The notes beneath the pieces are model-generated. The model was not told the DNA's origin. It worked only from the letters and a program-made list of their open reading frames with translations, and made no database searches. A stretch of 64,000 nt of DNA from Guillardia theta CCMP2712 (lineage: Eukaryota; Protista; Cryptophyta), in assembly GCF_000315625.1 (NCBI RefSeq), contig NW_005434673.1, positions 126,760 through 190,759 of the forward strand. Reading direction: 5' to 3'. This document shows, one piece after another, positions 36,992-48,479 of the stretch (positions within the stretch are counted from its first letter, which is position 1; every line of letters begins with the position of its first letter). Position numbers and translations under genes: made by a program.

Positions 36992-38209
36992 CTATGTCAG
37001 CAAAGTGACAGCACAGACGTTTGCAGCGTACCTGCAAGCCTTGGAGTGACAATTGCACAAAACTTTCTCTGCTACTGAGTCTTCACTCCTATTGCGAGAT
37101 CTCATGCAAGGTGCTTCATCCCAGTCTGCTGCGTCCAAGCTGGAGCGGCAGAAACGCAATCTTGGTATAGCTGGTGCGAAGGAAGGCTTGCTTGAGCTTG
37201 CCTCCTTGACAAGCAGCGGAATGTCGTCGATTCGGGAGCAGAGATCCAAGATACAACTTGCATCTCTGCACATGAGATACTCATGCGAGAACAGCTCAGA
37301 CAGAGATGGCCGCTCGCATGGGTTGCTGCAGAGACATTGCAGTAAAAAATCTATGCACGCAAACGAAACCCCAAGAGGCATCAACGGAGATGACCGGTCG
37401 ACATCATACAACAACCCGATGCAATCTCCACTTCCTCTTGTGCAACAAACTCTGCCCGTAAGCATCTGTATCAGCAGACAACCTACGCTCCAAGCATCCG
37501 ACGAAGGCGAGCATGATGAAGCTCTGTGCGTTTCCGGAACGCAGCAACAACTACGTTCGCGACGACAAGGTGATGAGTTTTCTAATTCTGTGCCAACGTG
37601 CATAGAGCCCCGATTTTGCCCCATTGTCTGAATGTAGACATTATCAAGTCCTAATCTTCCATGGGGTTGACCTAAATCATGTAACTTGACCAAATGGCAT
37701 ATCAGAGTCCTTGTAAGAAATGAAGCTTGAAACTCTGGAATGCATTTGTTTTGTTCAACGACTTTCAACAGAGATATGTATTGGTCATCGTTTTCGCAAT
37801 CCATCTTGAAAACCTAAAACAATGGTGAGACAGAATATATACGTGTGGCAGTGTCATGATAAAACAATTCACCCCGCGAGGAAGGCGTAAGGGAATTAAT
37901 GCAGAGCACATAACCTCGACTCGACTCTAAAACATCAATTCAACTTGCTCAAAGAGACATTGAAGCCGATCGTGTGTATATCTCAATATCCAGACCCGGA
38001 GAATCAAATGCTGAAATATCCTCTACAAGCATCCTCTGCCTGACAGCCAAAGAATCGCTATTTCTATGACACAGATCTGTTCTATGTTTTGAAGCCAACA
38101 TGCTATATTCTTCGCCATAACAAACTAGGGATATTTCAGCCATCACATCTTGTAGAAAGATGACACCCTTTCGGTATCCATCTACTGCCACACCTCGCTT
38201 TCCCTCCAT
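36992..38209 (-). CDS. Protein-kinase-fold protein, probable pseudokinase (5' exons uncertain)
   Basis: C-lobe SDAWSVGCLLIQMLTG...FLLQCL..NPCERPSLSELFSHEYL. Catalytic loop reads HGRLGLDN and no DFG is visible. Confidence 0.7.
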
Positions 38210-39852
38210 AATCTGATTCCTCGTCTATGGCCATGGCCGCTCCCCTTCGCTCAATCCCAACTCCAATCTATCCCCACCCCTACCCAAATGTACCCCACCC
38301 ACAATAGTTTTTTCTACTACCCACCCAGCCCGGTCGATTTTCGGGGTACACCCGTCATATCTGCTAACCCTACCCTTCGTTGCAACATCGAATTCAATGA
38401 TCCCCCTATAATCCATGCACCCTTGCAACAACTCCCACCCTACCCCTCGGCCTCATTAAAAAATCATGACCAGATCCGATAATACTACCCCACCATCCCG
38501 AAATTTGACTACCCACCTATCATGAATATGTGTTCCCACAAAGGATCTCTCATTCCCCTGCAGGAAACTACCCCTTGCACTGTTCACCCCCTGACTCAAC
38601 TACCCCTACCCACATGTGTTCGTTAAGATTCCTAGGTGAATGAACCCATCCAACATACCTCACCCCTTGCTGTGAAACTCCTCACTATTCCCCCACCCCT
38701 CTTTTCCCCAGGGGATGTCCCCTAACGCAGAGCACCCCTACCCACATATGAAGCCACAAACTACCCACCAGTTTCAAATTCACCCCCACCTCTACCACAG
38801 AATTTCATCACCCTACCACTTGCTTATAATCATAATTTTTTTCCTTCCCCCTTTCCCAAAACATGGTACCAAACAGTGTTGAATCGGACGGGGTACTATT
38901 GTACCCCTACCCTTTCATTAGATGTACCCTACCCCCCTCGAAGGGATGCCATTCACTGTTGTCCTCCAATTTGGATTCAATCTCAATTCATAGTACCCAC
39001 CCCCTTATCTGATGAGTTTTCGGTATGAAAGTACCGGTGAAGCGAGAAGAAATTGAGTGAAATTGAGCCTCTTATTGTCCATGACCTATCCCCTGATGCA
39101 CACCCACCCCCTTCAATACCAATGCACCCCGTTGGATGACCTCTTCGTTGATCTGGTATGACCACCCCACCCATAATATCACCACCCCCTCATTTGTCTG
39201 GAATGGACCGTTCCAAACAAGGCTATAAGCACCAACAACAACCACCCCACCCTATGGACTACCCCACCGGTTGCTGACAGCCTGAGCTGATGACATCAGC
39301 AAGTAAAACGAAGAGATGGTAACTTGACTGGATTATGGTATCCTAGCTGGCCATAGTTATTACTCAACTTGCTGGTTCGGGTGCCGTGCCCGGGCCCCGG
39401 CATGCCGGTGATTTATTGTGCGTAACGTAACGTAACGGTGGAATTCCCGCGCTCACAATGAGGGCGAAGCTCTGCGAAACATGTTCCATCCAGCGAGGCT
39501 GACAGTGAGGAGGGGGAGACGAGAGGGAAGAGAGAGGCGAGGGAGGGAGGTAGTGTAGAAGGAGGCAGGGAGGGAGGATTCAACGAGTGGAAGGGTGGTA
39601 GATCGGTGGGGGAGAAGAAGGAAGGGTTCAGTAATCGGGATGGAAGATGGTGGGAGGGGGAGTGACAGCTATAGGTCAACGGGCAGCAGGAAAGCTAGAT
39701 TAGCATTTGTTACTTCCCAGGAGACCACAAGAAGCCCCATGAGAGGATGAAATTGGCACGGCCAATAACAGAATTACGCATGTTATCCTTTCACCTAAAA
39801 ATGTCGTTCACATTCTTTGTGCTATTGCAGTTGATTGGGAGAATATTTGGAC

Positions 39853-41598
39853 ATGAGCACGGCGCAGTCAGAGCTCGCGGACCCGCCACAAGATGGGATA
39901 TCAGCCATTCAGTTTGCTCCCTCCCACAATTTACTGCTGGTCTCTTCGTGGAATACCGAAGTAAGGATGTATGATGTGGTGCAGAATGCCAAACGTGCAC
40001 AATACAATCATCAGGTTTCTCATCGAGCTTCATCACCGGGCTCTGATTCAATCTTTTCAGGCAGCAGCACTGGACTGTTGCTGGGGCACAGACCAAAATC
40101 GATGTTTTTCAGGGGGTGTGGACAAATGTGTCAAGACATACGATTTCGCATCAGAAACAGAATCTGTTAGCTCTGACATGGAATTCATAGATTTTCTCTG
40201 AAGCATGGAACCAGGTGTTGGGGAACCATGACAAGGCAGTCAAGGCTGTATGTTGGCAAAAGGAGTTGGGGTGTTGCGTTTCTGGTAGTTGGGACAAACA
40301 ATTACGAGTGTGGGATCTCCGCCAGACTGCTTGCGTTAATACTACACTCTTGCCAGACAAGGTAACGATCTTCTCCCTGCTTTTCCATCAGTTTGAACCA
40401 CTGCAGGTATTCACGATGTCAGTATCAAGCAACCGGTAGATATCGCTGTCCTCGATCATTGAATTGCAATCTGTGAACTGCATTGGCAGTATTGTAGTCG
40501 GAACAGCTTCGAGGCACGTGTGGATCTACGACGTTCGCAACCTCTCAGAACCCGAACAGAAGGCAGGTGACCTTGCGCATGTGCAGAGACGCTAATAAGT
40601 AATCCAGCGAGAATCTTCCCTCAAATTTCAAACGCGCTGCATTCGGTACGCTCATTGCACAGTCTCCTCACGGAGAGAAATCTTTCATTCGGCTGACTTG
40701 GATAAAAGATGCTATCCTGATGGTACAGGGTATGCCTTGAGCTCGATCGAGGGTCGTGTTGCCATGGTTGGTTTGACTTTGGTCAAACTTTGTTTTATCG
40801 ACATGACGACAATCCTGAACAGGAGTACTTCGACCCAGACGCTGCATCTCAGGTAGGCCTTTCAAGTATTATCTACAGGGTGAGCACTGACCAAGAATAC
40901 AAGGCCAAGAAATATGCTTTCAAATGTCATCGTGCGCAGGTGTGACATGTATAACAAATGGCAGTCTCTGGATTCCAAAATTCAGACAGCAACAATGTGC
41001 TGAATTTCGTGTTTTCCTGTAGGATGAAAAAGGGATCGACACAGTGTATCCCGTCAATGCTCTTGCATTTCATCCAACGTGAGCCCTCACTATTTCAGTT
41101 TTAACTCCGTCCTGATCGTATATGTAGCTATGGAACGTTCGCAACGGGTGGCTGTGACGGCAAGGTACCTAGATTTCTCCAGGACGAGACCATTCATAAC
41201 GGGGTACTGTCTGCTTCCTGATTGTCAGGTGATCATGTGGGATGGTCAGAACAAGAAGAGGCTCCAGGTACAATGTCTCTGCATATGCAGCATGCAGCAT
41301 TGTTGAGGGTCAAATCGCAGGCACCCTGGTCATATCCAACAAGCATCGGTTCCCCCTCATCGTTGCCTCCTTCTGCACCTCAGTAACGACTTTCCTCAGC
41401 TTCCCTGGCCTTCAACCCTACAGGCGCTATGCTTGCCGTTGCGTCATCCTACACCTTCGAGGAAGGAGAGAAGGTTCTTCCTCCCTACCCCCTCCATCGG
41501 TCTCATTGCAATCTCCACAGGATGCTCCGCCGGATCAGATCTTCTTCCGTTCAGTGAACGAGTCAGATGTTCGTCCTCGTGCCAAACAGGCGCAGTGA
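39853..41598 (+). CDS. BUB3: Mitotic checkpoint WD40 protein BUB3
   Basis: [87 protein letters not shown]. Confidence 0.95.
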
Positions 41599-42765
41599 AG
41601 CGAAGCTGATGCTCGTGCTCAAGTCTCTTGCGCTGTGACTCTTTTCTTTATCAACTGTTTACCGACTTACTCTCCCTCCGCACAAGTCACCTCCTTCTTC
41701 TATTCAATCTCCCCAGTCCTTCGCTTCTGTCATTTCACGCTGGTCTTCTCAGCCACGTATCCGTTTATTCGCATGCATGCATCAGCGCCCGACAGGCTCC
41801 TTCCCTTGCGCTCGGCACTCTCAGCTCACTTCACGGACCCTTGCATCTCCTGAATCTCAGCTCCACTCAGTACCTTCATCTACAAAATTACTCAGACTGA
41901 AACGTACTTTCTCGTTTCTTCCCCATCTTCATGCTTCTCGCCGCCGCCCCTACTCCTCTCTCCCTCCCTCCCTCCCTCCCTCCCTCCCTCCCTCCCTCCC
42001 TCCGCCTCTCCTTCGTATCTTTCCTCCCTGTGACCAGATGCCTGGCTCTACCTAGTGTAGGTCACTGGTGTTTCTTTCGAAAGGGGGAAAGGGTAGGGGT
42101 ATAATACTACCCCTTCTTTGAACTCATTCTTGTTGAATAAACTTGGGGTAGTCGATGAGTTGCACTCGAATGGGGGTGGGGTTATTTTAGGACATAATTG
42201 GAGTTTGGGACCCTACCCTCCTTTTGTATTCAATTGGGGGGTATGGAATGGGGCCCATTCTTGGGGGTTACGTGAATCCGATTTATACCGGGTCCTTTTA
42301 GTGAAGATTCGCCCTCAAATATGTGGGTGGGTCCTTTATGAAGGGGTGGGGTACAGGGGGAGTTGAGGACATGAGAGTGGAGTTGGTAGCAGCAACGCGG
42401 CAATGGCAGGGCAGGAGGAGGAGGAGGAGGAAGACGACGACGAGGAGGAGGGGAGTATCAAGAAGAGCCCTGGGGAGAAAGGAGGAAGTGATAGGACATG
42501 ATGTAAATGAGTTGCATATCCGAATATGAAAACTTGAAATTTTCCTTGAGCACCATCACGTACCTGTCCAGTGATGGGTAGGGGACAGGAGCGGAAAGAG
42601 AGAAGGAGATGTGACGAAGGTGGAGATGATGACGATAGTGTTTGCAAATGAGTAGCAACTGCACGTTTGTAGAAGATTGGAAATTATCATCCAATTGCTC
42701 ATGTTGTGTATGGACAGGTCTTTGAAAAACTAGTTCTCCTGCGGGGACATCTTGGAGAAGCGAGG

Positions 42766-44700
42766 ATGAAATGTCTATCAACTCTCTCCCTCCTCCTCAT
42801 CCTCTTCATCGTTATCCTCAACATGGCGTCAACCTCCGCGTTTCTTCAGTCGGCGCTCCCCATGAATCTGCATCGAGCGGGAGCCATGAGCACGCTTGAG
42901 GTCAAGGGTCGGACGGCTGTCCCGCGTTATGCACCTTTCCAAAGATGCTTGTCGAGAAATACATTCTGTGTTGAGATGAAGCAAACAAGCGTCAAGGAGG
43001 CCGAAACACGAGCAAGCGTGCTGCAAGATCTCATTGAGAAGAAGGACATTGACATCTATGTCCGTGATGCCAAAGGTTTGGATGGTACCTTCGTGGCTCA
43101 ATTGAGGTGTATGGCGTTTGATCTGGTAAGCCTCTTGATGATGATAATGATGATATGAGGAGGAGGAGGAGGAGGAGGAGGAGACGGAGGAGGAGGAGGA
43201 GGAGGAGGAGGAGGAGAAAGATCAGGCTGAGGATGGAGGATGGAGAAGATGAGAAAACAATTATCGTTGTGTTAACATTGATGATGATTCTCATACAGTA
43301 ATGATGAGAGTGGAGACGATGTCAATGTGATCGCAACTGAGAGAATGATTGATGGTAAAGGATGGGACCATGTTTCGATCGCAAAGGCGGAAGTTGAAAT
43401 GCTGCCCTCACTACTTCCTTGCGGGTATCTATCATACGACATTCCTGGTAACAGGCGCTCTGCGGGGATGCGAGCAAGTGATGATGATGATGTTCCAGGT
43501 CGCCGTGGCAAGAGCTGTGACAGACAGAGGACAGTTGTTCTGCAAGGTTGGTGTATGATGTGATGTGACGTGACGTGATGGGTCTTGTTTCCCCTCAGAA
43601 CATGATGCTGGATGATCTCAACGAATTGTTGAGGAGAGATTGGATCACGAGCGTCGATCACGAGATGATGAAAGCAGCTTGCCTGGTATTTCCTCCAATG
43701 CCCTCCCCGTCGCTCCGGGAATCCCTCCCCACCTACTCTCCGCTCCTCTCCGCTCCCTCCTCCTCTCCTCTCCTCTCCCCTCCTGATATCCTCAATATTC
43801 ACGCATCGCGTCTTCAGGATAGTTGGAGTCGAAACCCTGAGCTCGTCGTTGGCTCCGTCGATTGTTCGCTCCATGAGTCCATCGGTAGGAGGGAGCGGAG
43901 GAAAGAGGTGGAACATGAACGTTTTGCAGACACGGATCTGATGATCCGCCATTGGATCTACATCTCCTCCATGGCGGTAAGACTCAAATTTGCCGTCCAC
44001 CTCCAATCATCATCATCTCCATCATCTCCTCCCCTCGAGCTCGTCGTCGTCGTCGTCGTCGTCGTCGTCTTCACCATCATCATCATCTCCATCATCGTCA
44101 TCATCTCCACCACCACCATCATCATCTCCACCACCACCATCATCGTCTCATTATTCGTTTCAGGTGCGCGAAGAGTTCAGGAGGAGGGGATGTGGTCAAC
44201 TTCTTCTCGAGGGCTGCGAGGGGATTGCGAGACGAGTGAGAAGAGCAGAGAAGAAGTTCGATTGTCAGCTGAGCCCTGATGCGCAGAATTATGGAGTCAG
44301 CGAGATCTACTTGCATGTTGAGGTGAGGCGATGAATCGATTGGGGAGGAGGAGAGGGAGGGAGGGAGGGAGGGAGGGAGGGAGGAAGAAGGTGACGATGA
44401 CTGACAGGAGGAGAACGCTGGAGCGCTGAAGATGTACAAGCAAAGTGGCTTCACATCATCAGACATGCGCAACCCAACGATCAACAGGATGGACAGGTAG
44501 AGAAGTGTCACATGGAGCGAGAAAGAGAGAGCAAGATGAAACGAGCAGGGTGGGGGAGAGGGAGGGAGGGAGGGAGGGAGGGAGGGAGGGGCAGGCAGGT
44601 AAGCATCAAGGCAGGAGGAGAGGTTTTCATTTACATGAGGTCCATTCAATCTTGTACCATCAGACGTTCTCGTGTTCCACTTGCTCCTCACTTTCTTCTT
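42766..44700 (+). CDS. GNAT-family acetyltransferase with bipartite plastid leader (3' end uncertain)
   Basis: Signal peptide ending ASTSA-F. Exons IYISSMAV, VREEFRRRGCGQLLL, IYLHVE and ENAGALKMYKQSGF. Confidence 0.82.
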
Positions 44701-45445
44701 GTCTCAGACTTCTCCGACTTGTTCTGCGGGTCCCAAAGGCTGCCACGTTGTACAGTAGAAGGTGAGAGGTGCGGGCATGTTTCTTGCCTGATGCCCCCAA
44801 AGGATTTTCAAGGACTTGCTCGAGGAGGAGGACGTGGAATTCCAGTTGGCAGAAGCTATGCTCCCTTGATACACTTGACTTGTAATATACATCATGGCTG
44901 CATGCTCAAGGGCTGGAAGTTTCGGCGCGCAGCAGACTACACGATAGCAGATTTGACGAGTTGAGAACAGTCAGGAGAGGAGGGAGGAGAGGAACCTGAC
45001 AGGGAAGCTGGAGTGAAGAAGAAGGGAGCAAGAGAACAGCCTCCGACGTCATGAGAGAGCGAAGGCATGATGATGAAGTAGCAGGGAGGGGAAACTGGAC
45101 CGAAGCAAGAGCATTCCGGATGAAACAACCAATCCAGCACAACAGGAAAGGAATAGGAACAGGGGAAGGTATGCAGCGATGGCAAGAGAGACAACAGAAC
45201 AGCTTAAAAAAACAACACAACATACCAGGAGAGTGAAGAGGGTGGCGGGGTGGCAACTTGTCATCCGAATTTCAATCCAAATGTTTGAAAAAAATTTACA
45301 AGTGAAGGCTTGTAGGAAAAGCATGAGATCCTCGCCGACGTCTCCTCCTCTCCCCCTGGCCATCCCTTGCTTCCTCCTCCTCCTCCTCCTCCTCCTCCTC
45401 CAGTCAAAATCCTTGCGCCTACAGCACAAGTCCACCTATTCACAC

Positions 45446-45829
45446 TCACTGCCCCTCCATCACGCCCCTCTGCCGCGTCCTCATCACATCCCGTACGTCT
45501 CTGCCCCTGACGTGCATCCTCTGCCTCCCCCCCCTGTCATGGTGCCGCCACTCCGGTCGAGCAGGAGGATGATACCCCGGGTAGCTCATCGACTTGAGCG
45601 CCCACACAAACCCGATGACGGTCGCAAGGAGAATCATGATGCAGCAGCAGCAGGCGCTGAGCATGAAGCGGTTCTCCTGCTTGCCCTTCTTCTTCTTCAG
45701 GAGGGACGCATGCTCGTCCTCGTCCTCCCCGGAGAATGCCTTCGACACCATGGAGACCATGTAGCCTAGCGCCTTGGTGGCGCTGCCATAGGACACGGGA
45801 GTGCGTGATGAAGGATTGTTGAACGCCAT
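45446..45829 (-). CDS. Small hypothetical single-pass membrane protein (may continue through an intron)
   Basis: 127-aa ORF with a basic patch, then CCCC and a TM helix. Confidence 0.4.
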   Translation of the reverse strand: MAFNNPSSRTPVSYGSATKALGYMVSMVSKAFSGEDEDEHASLLKKKKGKQENRFMLSACCCCIMILLATVIGFVWALKSMSYPGYHPPARPEWRHHDRGGRQRMHVRGRDVRDVMRTRQRGVMEGQ

Positions 45830-46659
45830 GCCGGTGATGCTTCACCTTGTTGTTACCTCGTTCGCATCAACCTGATCGTTCATGTTCAGCATGTTGGCAA
45901 CGTGAGCAGAGAGCGCGACTGCAGTTTCTCCATCTCTGACGGAACATGTCTGGTTACTAGTGGCTGCTCTAATCCCCTGCGGGGCGTCTGCTGAAACCTT
46001 CAACTTATCCTCCTCCACGTCAAACACAAGACTGAGGTAACACAACAATACACCCTTCTTCACTCTGATGTGCTTCCTTTCCCACTTGACTTCACTTTCA
46101 CATACATCCGCTCTGCCAGATTCCCATTCCTCTCATTCTCCTCTCTCCCTGGAATCTCCGAAATATCATCCTCCCTCCCCTCCCTCCCCTCCCTCCCCTC
46201 CCTCCCCTCCCTCTCCTCTCCTCCCTCCCTCCCCTCCCTCCCCTCCCTCCCCTCCCTCCCCTCCCTCTCCTCTCCTCCCTTCCCCCCCTCCCCTCCCTCC
46301 TTCTACGTCCCTCCTCTTCCTGCTTCTTCTCCTCCCCTCCCTCGTCCCTCCTCCTCTCCTCTCATCTTCCTATTCCCCATCTTCTGCCATGCCGCGTCAG
46401 CGTCCTCGCCGGACTGTCAAGTTGAGAATGAGGGGGATGAGGACGGGCTCGGCCCTGCCCGGCCGGGCCCCGCGGCGCGGCGCGGGCGCGGGCCCGGCCG
46501 CGGCCCGACTGATGCATGCCAGGGACAAAGTTCACTCAGGAGTCCGAGTCTGATGTGATATTGCCAGTGCCCCGAAGCATTCAGGAGCCAAAGCATTCAA
46601 TGTTGCACGGTAATGAGTTAATGAAAAGTGTTGGTAATGAAATGAATAGATTTGAAGCA

Positions 46660-47750
46660 GAAGTCACAGTAAACATCCGCCGTCTTTACCCTTGGGCGCT
46701 GGTATCAGACGAGTGCTGCCGGCAGCGCAGTCAGTCAGCATGAGATGAGTTGAAAAGAACGAAAATCTTCGTGATATCACCGCCAGCTCGTCGACAGACA
46801 TGTCTGCATTCTGTACCGGCCCTCTGCCATGTAACATCGTTATCACCAAGGATCAAAACAAGCAGCTCAACCTGAAGAGGAGGATTGGGTTCTCAAAGCA
46901 ATTCTTCCAGCAGAGCCGAACTACCCAGTTCCCCGCATGCAGGATCCAGACCATTGACTTGTCGGGGAAGTGAACAGTTACACCTGGCACCCCATCGTGT
47001 CAAAACGTCCTCAACTGACTCCCCAGCTCCTCCCTGACCTGTCGTAAACTTCAAGCCCTTCAGCACTGATACGGTTGGGATGGCGACAGAGCAGACTCGT
47101 AGGACGAGGCAATCCCTCAGGTACACCCGGACGCGGTCCAGGCACCAGTTCATGCTCACCGCACAGATGAGGACGTAGAGACAAGCAGCGGCTACGAAGA
47201 CCTGAAGAAACGCTAGTCAAGCCATGCGCCTGAGTTGAGAAGAAGAGTCAAGTCATTACAGAGCAGAAAGCCAGGCCGAGAAACAACCCTGAGACCCAAA
47301 AGAGAAGCGTCATGCTCGCAATGAGAGCCCCGAGCTCAAGAAATCCGGAGAACCTGTCGTCAAGTATCATTTGACATTCGTCCAGCAACAAATAACAACT
47401 CACAAGTCACCGAACGCTCCGAACAATTTCTTTGCCATCTGAAACTCCAAGGACCCAGACATCGATTTACTCGCTGATCTGCATGAAGCATGGTCACACA
47501 TTCGAAGCTCCAGTGTCGACACAGAAGGCTACCTGATCCCCTTGGCAGACTCCGAGACCATGCTCGAGACGGCTTGAGGAGCATGATAAACCGCAGAGAA
47601 TGCTGCCCAGGGCATGCGAGCTAGAGACGTTGTCATCCTTCTCGCTCCCTTGGAGGCAGATCCGTCGGAGGCCTTCCTCTGCGACGGGTTTGATGCTGCG
47701 TTTGATCGCGATGCATGCGCATGGACAGGTCTTTCCGTGTTTGCCGCCAT
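46660..47750 (-). CDS. Hypothetical spliced protein
   Basis: Several coding-like exons bounded by GT/AG; no family recognised. Confidence 0.3.
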
Positions 47751-48357
47751 GTGATGAGTACAGCTCGATGTCTCCTCCTAGAAGCGAATGATGAGTGAGG
47801 GTGGCTATGACAAGAAATGAGCTGTTTCAATGGGTACACACATTTCCTTCAATGACAAGATTACGTGAAAGGAGGTAAAACAATTCAAGAAGTCAAGAAG
47901 TCAGAGATCGAAAGTGAGGACAAGTACACCAAGGAAACAATCCAAGCATTAAAATTGTGTGGCTTAGCATGACCAAGATCATACAGGACAAAGGCAGGAA
48001 AATCAGCAAGGATACCAAGGAGAAATTGAAAGAAGGAAGAAAAGATGAAAAGAGAACAGGGGAGGAAATCCTAGGATCCTTGTGAGGTGAGCGTTCAGAG
48101 GTTTCCATTGGAGGAGGAGGTGCGTAACTTGCTGTTAATAGAATGTACATCGGGCTAGTGCAGCAGGTAGGACAATGCGGCAAGGTGGAGCAAGAGCAAA
48201 TGGGAAGGAGAGGAGGTGAGAGATATGACAGAGAAGGAGGCAACGAGGAGGAGGAGGAGGAGGAGCTGCGACAGTAGCGACATTGAAAGAGGTACGTAAA
48301 AGGATAAGCCGCCATAGCTATTAGCTAAACGACACAAAACATAAAATTTCAAAATTC

Positions 48358-48479
48358 TAAATTTTCCGTCGAAATTATGGATCATTGAAGACCCACACGC
48401 CAATATTTCCTTGTGTCTGACTCGTACTTCATCCTTTCTATGAAGAACAGGTTGAAGTATAACCAGACCCATGTGTGAT
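48358..48479 (-). ncRNA. Putative Fanzor omegaRNA (scaffold ~48479-48377, putative guide beyond)
   Basis: Immediately 3' of the Fanzor stop. Nested stems TACTTCA/TGAAGTA and GTCTGG/TCAGAC, plus terminal hairpin TGGGTC-TTCAAT-GATCCA. G-U pairs form only on the Fanzor sense strand. Confidence 0.6.

Noticed and set aside
48358-48377. A target for the putative guide elsewhere in the window
   Set aside because: Only 8-9 nt matches seen by eye (e.g. ~22423, ~50848); not significant.
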